Below, piece by piece: positions 49,178-62,131 of a stretch of DNA of 64,000 bases; within the stretch, counting starts at the first letter, position 1, and each line of letters starts with the position of its first letter. The stretch covers positions 46,562,001 to 46,626,000 of the forward strand of contig OX597837.1 of NCBI GenBank assembly GCA_951406725.2, given 5' to 3'. Below the pieces are notes generated by a model, which was not told the DNA's origin, made no database searches, and saw only the letters and a list, made by a program, of their open reading frames with translations. The stretch comes from Octopus vulgaris (Eukaryota). A program made the position numbers and the translations under genes.

Positions 49178-49370
49178 ACAAGAGAACTTCTATGTGGTCA
49201 TCTGACATGCTAGAAATAGCAGGCATCTCTCTCTCAAATCACTCGCTAATATCTTGGAAAGTACTCTATTCTAAAAAGGGGAAGGAAAGGCATTGGTCAT
49301 GGCTTAAATGTTTTTGAACAAAAATGCTTTTTTATTTAGTCATGGTTGACTGGGAACAACAACAATAACA
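49178..49370 (+). mobile_element. Family H copy
   Basis: cttctatgtggtcatctgacatgctagaaatagcagg...ctcaaatca...ttggtcatggct...gactgggaacaacaac. Confidence 0.65.
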
Positions 49371-49441
49371 ACACACATTCAAACAATTGAAAATACTTCT
49401 GAGTGGTGGAAATAATATATTTTGGAAAAAGAATTGTGTAT

Positions 49442-49472
<31 letters not shown>

Positions 49473-49912
49473 CATTTTGCTTGTGTGTGTGTGTGTGTTA
49501 TAGCAATAATGTTTTATTATTGTTAAAGGGTGGCAGATTGGCAAATTCCTTAGAGGGGGCTGACAAAAAACTTTCTGTATTTATTCTTATTCTTTACTTT
49601 CTGAATTGAAACCCTTTTGGTCACCAAAACAAAATACCAGTCATGTACTGGGGTCAATGGTATTGACTACCATTCCTTCCCAAATATGAAGCTTTGTGCC
49701 CATGTTTGAAACAAATTTCAAAATCTGAGATAGCAACAGAAAAGATCGTCTGTTTTTAACGAAGTGGTGATTATTTAGAAAAACTCTGCAACTTGAACAT
49801 ATACACACACACTCACTTGCATAGACACATGCACTAACATGCATACACACACTAGTACTCACACAAACTTAAATACACATGTGTTAAAAAAAACATACAC
49901 ACTCATTAATAC

Positions 49913-50230
49913 CACCTGTACCACCTGTGTCATCTTTTGTGAAAGGTAGAAGAGTCCAGTTTGCTGGACATTATTGTAGAGCTGAAAATGAGGTAATTTC
50001 TACTCTTCTCTGGAAGCCATCTGCTAGCGATACCAGAGGGCGCACGCTCTCCTACTCTGATGTAATCTCCAGGGATACAGGCATCTAGGGATACAGGACC
50101 TCCGTATGATGGACCGTGAAGTCTGGCGTAACATAGTAAATTCCATTGTCTCGACCACGGTGATGAACTGTAAAGTCTGGCGTAACATAGTAGATTCCAT
50201 TGTCTCGACCACAGTCGAACAATGATGATG
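49913..50230 (+). mobile_element. 5'-truncated RTE-clade LINE 3' end with duplicated tail and 8-bp TSD
   Basis: Peptide PPVSSFVKGRRVQFAGHYCRAENEVISTLLWKPSASDTRGRTLSYSDVISRDTG; (gat)n tail; attaatac at 49905-49912 and 50231-50238. Confidence 0.75.
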
Positions 50231-50572
50231 ATTAATACACACATTTTACGTACAAATGTAATTCATATTATAGATGATAGCATGCTGGGTGAGTAGCTGG
50301 ATAAGCATGGTAAGATTGATAGTTGGGAAAACAGATGATTGTATTGGCTCCAGTATTGACTAACGAGAGGCATAACAATAATGGAGATGAGGGTAAAGGA
50401 TGGTGTCTCCCTCCCCTGGCAGTTGCCCACAAGTATTGAAAACCTTTGTTGTGTCATCTGAATAAGTACTTCTTTTATTGACCTCAAAGGATTAAATGCA
50501 AATTTGCTATAAATACCATATTGTTAATATTAGCTCTTGCAATAGAAATTTTTCCATTGTAAAACTAATATT

Positions 50573-51006
50573 GGTTTCAAATTTTAGCACAAGATCAGTA
50601 ATTTGCAGGGAGGGACTAAGTTGATTAGATCGGTCCCTTGTTCAACTGGTACTTATTTTATCAACCTCTAAAGGATGAAAGGCTAAGTTGACCTTGGCGG
50701 AATTTGAACTCAGAATGCAAAGATGAATGCAATGCTGCTTAGCTAATGATTCTTCCAGCTTGCCATCTTGTTGCTAAAACTAATATTGGTTTTAAATTTT
50801 GGTACAAGGCCAACAATCTCAGGGGAAGGGATAAGTCAATTAGATCAATCCCGGTGTTCAACTGGTACTTATTTTATTGACCTCTAAAGAATGAAAGGCA
50901 AAGTTGACTTTGGTGGTATTTGAACTCAGAATGTGATGATGGATAAAATGCTGCTGTGCATTCTGCCTGGTCTGCTAACCATTCTGCCAGCTCACCGCCT
51001 GATTGT
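50573..51006 (-). mobile_element. Two tandem Meta-domain-type SINEs bounded by three copies of taaaactaatatt
   Basis: 13-mer at 50560, 50775 and 51007; each interval contains ctggtacttatttta...ggatgaaaggc.aagttgac...tttgaactcagaa. Confidence 0.82.
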
Positions 51007-51455
51007 TAAAACTAATATTAACAATAGTTTGGATGGTGATGGTGACAGCTTGTTGCATTGTGGCTCTGGGTTGAGCATGTGACATATTTTTGCCTGAGTC
51101 TACCTGCTTGACAAAAAGGTTCCACTTGTGCTTCAGGATTCGATTGTGTCTCAACTATGAGTAGAACAAACTGTTTCAATTCTGGTTTAACAATTTTCCT
51201 TTGAGCCTTCCTTACTCTGGATACTTTGTGCTATGATGTCACTTTTTACCCAGAATGCATTAGCAATTTTGGCCCAGCATATGTAAACATACAATAAACA
51301 TTCATAATATATTTGTGTGCATATGCGTGTCTCTGTGTGTGCAGACGTATGCATACAGTTGTCTTTTGGGTAGGAAAGCATGAAAATGTTCAATACATGT
51401 TACGGGGCAACTTTATTGAGTGGTGTCATTGTGTGCATGAGTGCTTGTGTATACA

Positions 51456-51490
<35 letters not shown>

Positions 51491-52192
51491 AAATATAACA
51501 GGGGTGGTGATGAGGAAATGGTGAGCTTTTTAGAAGTAGGTCAAGCTAAAATGATGTAAAAAGTGACCAATAGGGGAGGGAGAGAAATGGGATGAGGGCA
51601 AACAAGCAGTTTTATACATCTTTCAGATGGAGGAGGAGGAGGATTGAATGGTATTAATGATTTTGGTGGTGAGGTGGCAGTGGTTGGGGTGGTGGTGGTG
51701 GTAGTGTGGAAACTAGGACATAATTGTAATGGTTTTTGATGTTGCTGATAATTTATTAATATATCCTTCCATTCATGATCAAGAATGATTTTTTTTAATC
51801 AATAAATCAATATATATTTGTGTCACAAAGATGACTGATTGGAAAGACAAAAACCAGAATATAACAAATACAATTTTAGTTATTCTTGACCAGTAACTGG
51901 TTTTCCCCCATTTTGTTTCTATTTTGATTCTTCCATCAGTTTTTGTTCATGAGTTTTGTATGAGAAATCTTTTTGTGATTTTAGGGCTTTCATGGCCTTC
52001 TTTTAACTACTCAAAGAATCAACGGAAAAACCTTTGTCATTGTCTGACCCTTTTGTCATAGCAGTCAAGTTTTTCTCAAATAACACTCTTGAATAGAGCC
52101 TGAATAATAACACAGGATGGTCTTGGGTTTGGAATGTCTTTGATCATATGTTTACTTGACAGGGCAGTCATTTTGTTGAGCAACAACAGCAG

Positions 52193-52567
52193 TGGAGGCG
52201 CAATGGCCCAGTGGTTAGGGCAGCAGACTCACGGTCAGAGGATCACAGTTTCAATTCCCAGATCGGGTGTTGTGTGTGTTTATTGAGTGAAAACACCTAA
52301 AGCTCCATGAGGCTCCAGCAGGGGGTGGGAGTGGCGACCCATGTTGTACTCTTTCGCCCCAACTTTCTCTCACTTTTTCTTCCTGCTTTTTGTCCCCGAC
52401 TTCCTACGCAACCACTGAGCCTGGATGTGCATTCATCCATCCGTCGATGCTCTCGGTGTCGGGGGTTGACCTGCTTCCCCTTCTGCGGGTCTTACGAATA
52501 GCAAAGGACCATGTTTTGGACTTCTAGGACAAAGACTGCTTTGCTCAACAAACAAACAAGCAAACAA
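52193..52567 (+). mobile_element. Full-length tRNA-derived SINE (distinct family) with (CAAA)n tail and 14-bp TSD
   Basis: ggcgcaatggcccagtggttagggc (A box), gtttcaattccc (B box); agcaacaacagcag at 52179-52192 and 52568-52581. Confidence 0.88.
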
Positions 52568-53703
52568 AGCAACAACAGCAGGAAAATAAGCTCTTGTTTT
52601 ACTCTCAGAATGGCTAACACAAACCCTGTGAGTGGACAGAAAATGTCGACAGAGATGTTGTGGAGGACTGTATCCGTAATTCTGAAGAACCAGGCTTGCC
52701 ACACACATTATCATGCTGACTCTTGCTACACTGACTCAGCCTGAAGAGTACATTAAAGATACAGGTATCTGTGGAATACACAGCCACATAGGCTATAATG
52801 CAATAAGTTGGTAGGTTCATCGATCTCACAACCAGACTATTGATTTGTTGAAATCAATAGGAGTTGCATGATTGATTCAGTGTGGTCAGTAGGACAATGC
52901 GTTCTATCAGTGTAGTGCCAGCAGATTCCTGTGTCCTTGCTGTAGCCAAAGTGTTCAAGAGAATACTAGTTTGTTCCACTGAACACCTACAATTATTGTA
53001 ATTCATTAAAATATTTAATTTTCTTCAACTTCCTTCTTTATATCCATAAGCCAGGGATGCAAGTGTTGCTTTGTGGTTAAGAAGTTCATTTTGCAAATCC
53101 ATGGTTCCAGATATTCTGTTGTGGAGCACCTTAGGCAAGTCTATTTGTGTCTTTTTATAAGCGTTGAGTGTATCAATCTCTCATGTAAGAAATTTGGTAG
53201 ATGGAAACTGTGCAGAAAGATATTATACAGGTGTATATAAACGTATGTATATCTTTGTATGTATATCAGTGAAAGATCCAAACATTGGTAAAGTGGTTTA
53301 TGTGGTACTTGCTCCATCCATGTTGTACAGGCAATCTTATGATTGTCTCCATACATTTTTGCCGTTGTAAATGTTCAAAAATAGGAATGCCTCCTTTCCA
53401 ACTACCAAATCACGAAGCCTCAGTTGGCTGAGCTTATGGAATCAGACCTAAAGTCCTATAGTTGCAAAACGAATTCCTTAACCTCACAGATACTTGATTC
53501 ATCAACCCTGAAGGGAATAACGGCAAAATTGACCTTTCTGTGTTCCAGTCATTGGACTGCAGCCATACTGTGGTACCTCTTTGAGGGATTTAATTGATGA
53601 AATAGACTCCAGCACGCATAAACCTGAAACTTATTGTTTATTGAACAGTTAAGTTACAGAAACACAAAAATCCAACACTGGTTGAAAAGCAATGGAGAAT
53701 GTC

Positions 53704-53737
<34 letters not shown>

Positions 53738-54989
53738 TGTGAGTATACATGTAAGTATGCTCGTGCATATTTGGTAATATAATAATAAAAAAAATTTAGC
53801 TTAGTATATAGACTAGTGTGTGTGTGTACCTGTTTGTGTGTATATTTATTAAGCAGCACAAATAAACATACCTTGGGTTTTGCAGACTCACATCTCACTC
53901 CTTCAGGCCTTCTGTCTCCACTTGTCTTCGAAAAGAATTGTGTGAGACTGTGAAACCCAGGACAAGTCCCCAAGGTACATTTATCCATGTTGCTCATTGC
54001 ATACAAATATATTATACCACATCTGTATCGAGAGCTATAAGTTTTTGGTATCATGTATCAAATACCACACACATACACACATACACACACACTCACACAC
54101 ACACATACACACACACACACACACACGTTTATGTATGCATGCACATATGTTGTGATACTTAACAATGGTCATTGTAAAAACTATATCATGTCTCCTCCCC
54201 CCTCCCCTTTCCAATAAACCGATTCTTCACGTGGTTGGTCTTTATTGATTTCTTTATCGTCAACTGCCAGGACTTTTACTTGTACAAACACTAATAAACT
54301 GAACAGTCAGTCCACTGACTGTTAGTCATCACTAATCACAAGGGCAGACTTGAAGGAAACATCACGTACTAAGTGAGAATTGGTGTTGCAGTCTGTGCTA
54401 CTGATTATCCGTATATGTGATCTGAATAATCATATAAACCAGTACAATGGCTTAGAATAAGTGTGTGCACGTGTGTGTGTGTGTGTATGTGTGTAACCTG
54501 ATTATATTACTGGTGTGTGCATATAAAGTTACAACCATATACTTGTCTGTGTGTGTATTTATGTGCGTTCATTTTGATATATGTATATGTGTGTATGAAT
54601 ATATATGTGTATGTGTGTGTATGAATATATATGTGTGTGTGTGTGTATGTGTGTATATGTATGTGTATATATATATATGTATATATTAGAATGTTTGGAG
54701 GTGATGTACAGGTATTATATAATAGAAGAAATAAGGTACTCAGAAATCTGGATGGTTTTACATTTACAGATTTTTATTAATATGTCACATATTTTTATAA
54801 ATCATATATTAGCGCTTGCATCTACTCTAGTAGAATCTTCAGATTTGAAACATAAAATACTTTTTGATTCTTCCAGAGTGTTAAACTAATACACTTGCTT
54901 GTTGTTCCTACACCTGTCTTCATCTTTTGTTTTCTGTAAATTTGAACAACATATATTCCCCTCTTAGCATTTCGTTTATGTCCATTTTA

Positions 54990-56420
54990 CATTTCAAGCT
55001 GAAATTTTACTGGGGGTCAGCTCTATCTTTCAACATTCCAGAGTTGATAAGATCAAATACCAGTCAAATAATGGGGTTGATGGAAGCAACTGACCGCTCT
55101 CTCCCAAATTTGAGGTATTGTGCCTATGATAGAAACAATTATTATTATTATTATTGCTAGGTTGTAGATTAACAGAATTGTTGGTGTGAAAAGAAAGAAA
55201 CAAACAAATATCATTTGGTATTTGTTTTGGCTTTTTATCTTCTGAGATCAATTTTGTCTTTTGTCATTTCCTCACACCAGAGTCAATAAAATAAAAGTCA
55301 ACTCCTGGGTTTGATGATATCAACTAATACTCCCACCCCCACCCCACCAGAACTGCTGGCCTTATGCCTAAATTTAAAATCAACATCATCATCATCATTA
55401 TTATTAAATGTGGTATGTTGGATGAAATGCTTTGCAGCATCTCTTCCAACATTACATTCTGAATCCAAAGTCCACCACCAAGGTCAACTTTGCCTTTCAT
55501 CTTTTCTGGGTTGATAAAATAAGTACCAGTCATGCACTAGGTTTGATGTTATCAACTTACCTCCTTGTGCCAAAATTGCTGACCTTGTGTCAAAATTTGG
55601 AATCTTCATCCATTGTTGGTGGCCAACTAGTAGAATCAATAGCACACCAAAGAAAACGCTTAGTGGTATTTCTTCTGACTCATTACGTTCTTAGTTCAAA
55701 TCCTGTTGAGGTTGGTTTTGTCTTTCATCCTTTAGAAGTTAAAATAAGTACCCATTGAACAGTGGGGTTGATGACATCAATTAGCACCCTCTCCCCCCCC
55801 CCCATCAAATAAAAAAGAGATTTTCACACCTTGTGTCTGTAGTAGAAAGAATCATTAGGTAGCAAGCTAAGTTGGCACTAACCAGACAAAATGGTTAGTG
55901 GCCTTTTGTCTGTTTTTATATTCTGAGTTCAAATTCTGCTGAGGTCGACTTTGCCTTTCATCCTTTCGGAATCGATTAAATAAGTACCAGTTACGCACTG
56001 GGGTTGATGTAATCAACGTAATTCTATCATTTAATTGCCGACCGCTCATCCTGGCGCAGCGCAATCACCACAGGAGCAGGGACAGCCGAGGAGGGACGGA
56101 TTCGGTCAGCAGAGCAGAAACGCCAGATGCAGAAAGCCAGAGCCGCCTGCACCAGTAGCATGGCCCCTAACCACTTCTGCCCCACCTGTGGGAGGGGCTT
56201 CCTTGCCCGGATTGGCCTCACCAGCCACCTCCGGTCTCATAGCGGCAGTTCCACCAGATGTCAGTGGTCATCTTCGAACCCGAAGGATGAACATTATTAT
56301 CATTTAATTGTAATTTTTATTTTATTATTTACTTGATTTTTGTGTTAAACCCCTTGTGTCCCCAGTTTTGTATTGTCCCTATTTGTTTTGTGTTCGGCCC
56401 TTGTGGCCAATAAAGAAACA
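54990..56420 (+). mobile_element. Cluster of at least 4-5 same-orientation Meta-domain-type SINE copies and fragments
   Basis: Central domain variants at ~55010, ~55480, ~55705 and ~55940, each followed by gataaaataagtacc-like sequence. Confidence 0.7.
56038..56297 (+). mobile_element. Young 5'-truncated RTE/BovB-like LINE end with C2H2-type finger and 13-bp TSD
   Basis: Open frame DRSSWRSAITTG...HFCPTCGRGFLARIGLTSHLRSH; 3' stem-loop tcatcttcg-aacc-cgaaggatga; tatcatttaattg at 56025-56037 and 56298-56310. Confidence 0.9.
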
Positions 56421-57537
56421 ATTATTATTATTATTAGTTGTTTTGTTTTCATGTATGTAGAAGGAGCAAAATAGGAATTCTTGAAACCAGTAATGTTTGG
56501 AATTTTCTAAGAGGGAATGGCAGTTCAGAAGTTTTAGTGACATTTCTTTCCTTCTGTCTTTACAAATTTTTTTTTTTTGGGTTTATAGCTGCTTTTCTTT
56601 TTTTCTTTTCTCAAATACTTTTTTTTTTAGGGTGGGGTTCATTTACTCATTTGGCATTCGTTAAACATTTTCACCAAATGAGGCAATTTAGATACGTTGC
56701 TGATTAGTGTTGGTGCAGTCTTAAGTTTTAATCTAGATTTTAAGTGGAAGTTGGAGAAGTCTAACTAAGCTGAGTAAACAAGCAAAAATGGAGGAAAGAG
56801 AAAAATATCTGAAGTTATTGATCCTCATTGATAAAGATTTTATGTTTCTTTTTGTGGTAACATGAATGGGAGAAGATTTATTGAGGCCAAACAGCCTTCT
56901 CACTGTCTATTTTAATGCTTATTGTTAAGTTTAAGCCACTTTTTGTCAAATTATATTCCAAACTCCAGTTTGATAATGGAAAATTATTTTACTAAACTCC
57001 TCCAAATCTTTTTGTTTCATTGCTTGGTTTAACACCAGCACCTGGCCATTATGTACCCTTAGCAAACGTTTAGGCCATAACTCCATACTGAGGATGATAA
57101 CTTTCTTCCCTCTCTCACTCTCAGGATCTCTGAAAAGGTCTCTGAATGCAGCCTTTCCTCCTTAAAGTAAGGGATAAAAATTGTTGTATAAAATCATATT
57201 GTACCCAGTACTTCACAGAGTACTTTGACAACATTTTAACATAATAATCAATAATTTCATATAAAAATTCCAGTTGAAGCAATGATTGTTTTTCTTTTTA
57301 CTTTTAGGGTCCATTATTTGTCCATTTGATTTAATCTGTGTTTTTGTTAGTTTTTGCTTTTTGTGTATGGGAGGAGTAAGACAGGGAGATATCTCCATTC
57401 TATTTTAATACATGTTTCAACTTTCAACATCCATTGAATTCTTTTCATAGATTCTTTATAGATGTTTTTTTAACATTTTTTTTCCTCATCTTTAATTTTT
57501 GTTTTTCTTTTCTCTATTTATTTCTCCTCTGATCTCT

Positions 57538-57581
<44 letters not shown>

Positions 57582-58291
57582 GATATTCACATGATCACAA
57601 GCACAGATAATCCTGCCCAGTTACATTCTCTTACACACACACACATGAACACTCTAAAAAAACACACAAACATAACATATTAACAGTCATTGACTCATTC
57701 TTCGCTCTGGATATTTACATGCACACCCCCACACACCCCACACAGGTATATACTGACATGCATCCACCCATCACCACCGCCACCACTATATATTCTTAAC
57801 TGATCAACATCAAATGTAAAATTCTTAAATAAAATATTTCCTATTTAACATTTTATATTTTTAAATCCATTTGTAGAGATTTTCATTTCTTCAAAATTTT
57901 TCATGTCTTTTTTCTTCTTTTTATAAAAATTAAATTTCCTAATCGTAGGCGACAGATGGATGTAAGATGAATTTATTTGTAAAAGAAAGATTGGTAATTA
58001 GAATAGCAAGCTTTCTTGGGGCTTTCTTTTCTTTCCAACCTTTTTTTTGTGCATGAGTATTTTGTGGTGGTGTTGGTAGAGATATTTCTTCTAAAGATTC
58101 CTGGATGTTAAGGAAGTGTAGAAGTAACAGGCAGATTTAAATATTTGGCTTCCTCTACCTTTCAGAAAGCATTCTCTGGCAGTATCATTTAATAATGCTT
58201 GGTACAACTGGAGGTAGGGAGTAATTGTGGGAATCAGGGCAATATATTTGGGTGGTACCTTCATTAGTTAAGCTGATGAAGGAAATGTCCA

Positions 58292-58517
58292 CTAACCTTG
58301 TAGCATTCAAACTAGCCTTACCTGGTCAAAATATTCTGTCTGTTTTATGTTCAAACCAACCAGATCTGGCCTTTCACACCTATCCTACAATGCCATTCTA
58401 TAACTTAAACAATCACATCATTGATTTCTCAAAGGTTGTGAGATAATGCAGGATTAATTTAAAACAACGTTAATAAGCATTACATTTCACAGAGTAATAT
58501 GAATGCTAAAGGGTTAA
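58292..58517 (-). mobile_element. piggyBac-like MITE family 1
   Basis: taaccttgtagcattc ... gaatgctaaagggTTAA. Confidence 0.75.
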
Positions 58518-58525
58518 CTTAAGCA

Positions 58526-58579
<54 letters not shown>

Positions 58580-58849
58580 ATATGCTTGTTTGTTGCTTAT
58601 GTTGGAGGTAAATATTAGTTTAGTTTGTGGTGAGGGATTAGTCATCCCATGGGTACCCAGGAAAACCATTTGGAAAGAAACTCCAAGATCAAACCCCCTA
58701 TTGACTGTTAATATTTATTTATTGGAAGCATTTAGGAAGAAGCCCTCTGACATAAAACGTGTATTTGAAATAGTTCCTGGTCACCTTGCCTTTGCTTCTC
58801 ACATATGTAGCAGAAGATTATTGAATGATTCTTTTTAAGACAGGCGAGA

Positions 58850-59530
58850 AAACTTTGGCAAAACCACTGAAGATAGTTTTTCAAAGTTTTCTTGCATGTG
58901 GTAAACTTCCCAAAATGTTAAAAGAAGGCAAAATCCATAGAAGTGGTAGAGCAGATGCCAAAAATTACAGCCTATTTCTCTGACTTTCACATGTCAGAAA
59001 AGTAATGGAATGCATTTTCAGAAGGAAGCTGGCCATATTCCTACCTGTAAATGGCCTGGTCTCTGACATGTAGCATGGCTTCCACCCTCACACAGCTACT
59101 ACAGCATCGCAACTGGGTACTGAAATAATAGCTTGATCATGTAAATGTGGATGTGCTATAGCTTGACATGGTGAAGGCCTTTGATAAAGTTTATCATGGT
59201 GTGACTTGGATATTTGGAAAAGTAACGGTGATTGCATGACTTTTTCAAAGGAGTCAGGAAGTTGCAGCCAACAATGCTCTTTTAGAGGAAACATCGTTTC
59301 TAAGTTCTTGTCTGTGGTGGATCTCTTAGACACGCTCTCAACATAAACGGTCAGCTACTCTTGTGAGCTTTGCTGATGATACATACAAAAGTATCACTGG
59401 CAGTGAAGAAGCCTCATGATAACACAAGAAGACTACAGAAAGACCTAAATGCAGTTTATAAGTGGGTTGAAGAAGACAACATGCGGTTCAATGCTAAAAA
59501 GATTTCAAGAGCTCTGCTGTCACCAACACA
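58850..59530 (+). mobile_element. Decayed CR1-clade LINE RT fragment
   Basis: IHRSGRADAKNY/PISLT, RKVMECIFRRKL, *HGF, NVDVL*LDMVKAFDKVYHG, SFADDT, LQKDLNAVYKWVEEDNMRFNAKK. Confidence 0.82.
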
Positions 59531-59780
59531 AACTGATGTGATGTAGCAGTCATGAGTCCATATCACTTTATTCACAGTACCTTCATATGGTGTATGTTTT
59601 CATCCTTGCCTAGGTATTTGTAGCATTCTTTGTGTGGAACAGGAGAGATAGGAAGACCATTGTTGCATAGATTTTGTATTTGGGAAAATGATTTTCAACA
59701 TTCATCAATCAAATACAAACATTTCTTTTGGCTGTTTTCCGTTCCTATATCAGCTGAAATTTGAAACTATAAAATCTTGT

Positions 59781-60014
59781 CTGATTAATAATATATGTAT
59801 ATCCTTCTGATTAATGATATATGTATATCTTTCTGATTAATGATATATGTATATCTTTTTGATTAATGATATATGTATATCCTTCTGATTAATGATATAT
59901 GTATATCTTTCTGATTAATGATATATGTATATCTTTCTGATTAATGATATATGTATATCTTTCTGATTAATGATATATGTATATCTTTCTGATTAATGAT
60001 ATATGTATATCTTT
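59781..60014 (+). repeat. Minisatellite, 26-bp unit x9 (ctgattaatgatatatgtatatcttt)
   Basis: Unit starts at 59781, 59807, 59833, 59859, 59885, 59911, 59937, 59963, 59989. Confidence 0.92.
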
Positions 60015-61529
60015 CTTTAATATGTATCATTAGTATATATTGTGAAATATGTCAATACATTGTCATTTTTTCACAATAAACTCGTGGCTTTCGAATTAAC
60101 AAACCCAGTTTTATATTAATTCTGACTCTGTTACACAAAAGCTCATTTATCAATCTTAGCATCATAAATCCAGTGCACAAGTGAGTGGCCCCTTGGAAGC
60201 AATATAACCAGCGATGCTGTTCTTCACAAAATACAGTATAATAAAAACAAATGAATAAACTGAAGAAAACCATGGACTGTTCCATTGGTTGTAGGAAATA
60301 GGTTCTGTTACCTAGGAGATATAACTAGATGGAGATAATGAAACCATAATTAATGAACAGGACTCAAAGGGATGAGGTCAAAGGAATCTGTTGGGCTGTT
60401 ATTGTTTCTGCCGACATCAAAGGGTTTCTCTTCCTTTCTTCTCAACAAACCACATTCATCAGTCAACATGTACATTGGTGAATCTCATGGCTACATGATA
60501 AATTATGGCTTGTAGTAGTAGTAGTAGTAGTAGCAGCATTGTATTGCTTTTAACTGAAACACAGATTACATTGGGAACAATTAATTGTTATTGTTGTTAT
60601 TGTTGCTGTTATATTTACAAGATTCTTTTTTTTTTGTTTTGTTTCCCCAGTTACAAATATGGTGTATGCACATTTTATATAACAACTGCATTACACATAA
60701 AATACGGTTGCAGATATTGCTGTGAGGTGAAGAAATCTGCTTCGCATCCCGGTGGTTTTGGGTTTGATTCCATTCTGTGGCATCTTGAGAAAGTGTTTTC
60801 TCCGTTAGCCTCTTGATTTCAACCTCAATGCCTTCTAGGTGAAACTTGATACACATAAACTATATGGAAGTCTATATTTGTATGTGTGTGTCTTTATATA
60901 TATGTGTGTGTATATGTTTATTCATAGGCATATACCTTGAGGTATATGTCTGTATGAACATGTATGCACACACATACACACATGAGTATGTGTATATGTG
61001 TGTAGGTATGTGTTTATACATACTGTCAAGGCTACATTTTTGGCTTCCTTTATCTTATCTCATCCCTCTAAAACACCTATCACTCACCTCTCTTGTCCCT
61101 CTTAACACTCACCTGTCAATCAGCCATGCTATTGTCACCCATCTCTCTTTTTCCTTTACCTTAATTACTCATCCCTTGACCACTGTCTGCTCTTTTCACA
61201 CTTACTGTATTATGCTGTTGATGTAATTAAGGATCTCTTTGATCCACTGTACATTGTTTCCATGGGATCTACCTAGCCCCGCTTCCCAACATTCTTCCCT
61301 TCTCACTCTTATCTTTATCACCCAAGCTCTCTCACCATCTTAAGAGATATAATTGAGGAAACTCATCATCTTTTAGTTTAGGTGCAGCAATAAAATGTAG
61401 CACATTCTATGAAATGGTTGGCACCAGGAAAGGCATCCAGTCATAGAAAACAAACCAAAAGTCAGTCTTTTGAGGAATATGTGATCTCTGACCCATCTGG
61501 GAGAGCAGCAATGACCATTTCAAACCAGT

Positions 61530-61840
61530 GGCAGATGGCAAGGTGAGCAGAAAATGTGCTTCAAAGATACACCCAGAGCCTCACTGAAGTGTTTTCAGAT
61601 CAACCCTGGTATCTGGGAAATGCAGGCACAGGAACACCCTGCCTGGCATAGCTGCACCAACAGGGGTGCCACCTCCTACTAACAGAATAGGATCGTAGGA
61701 GCACAAAGAAAACGTGAACTGTGCAAGTCCAGAGCCAAGTCCTTGCCTTGATTCCCAGCAGACCACCAGTGCTTGACCTGCAGCAGAACCCCTTCAGAGC
61801 ATGCATCAGCCTGATCAGCCACAACCAGATGCACTATGAG
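61530..61840 (+). mobile_element. Decayed RTE/BovB-like LINE C-terminal fragment
   Basis: QKMCFKDTPRASLKCFQINPGIWEMQAQEHPAWHSC...HQCLTCSR...ISLISH, homologous to the 56038-56297 end. Confidence 0.78.
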
Positions 61841-62131
61841 CCACCTTCTTCTCCTCCCATCTGATATCTTTGGTTATTGATGACAATGACTGATGAAACA
61901 TTATCATCATTAGCAAGGAAAATAGATGCAAAATGGCAACCAAGATGATGATTCCACACACACAGACACACACACAATGTGCATGTGTGTTTGTATGTGT
62001 GCACACACTTGTATCTCCACTTGTCTTTTCTTGGGTAGCAGTAACTTTTGTTCATGTCCTGCATAAACAATGTCCTGTAGCTGGAAAAACTGGATGTAAA
62101 AACAATGATAACGATGAATACAATAGTAAAT

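Noticed and set aside
52193-52270. Possible tRNA gene (also the heads at 3390, 20453 and others)
   Set aside because: A/B boxes present, but no complete cloverleaf, and the sequence continues into a SINE body with tail and TSD
54147-54445. Possible solo LTR (TG...CA, aataaa) with a 10-bp hairpin at 54302-54323
   Set aside because: No matching TSD, no second copy, and short hairpins are expected by chance
56127-56336. C2H2 zinc-finger host gene
   Set aside because: The single finger belongs to an RTE LINE C-terminus bounded by a TSD
59781-60014. CRISPR-like regular repeat
   Set aside because: Units are contiguous with no unique spacers; eukaryotic context; no cas genes
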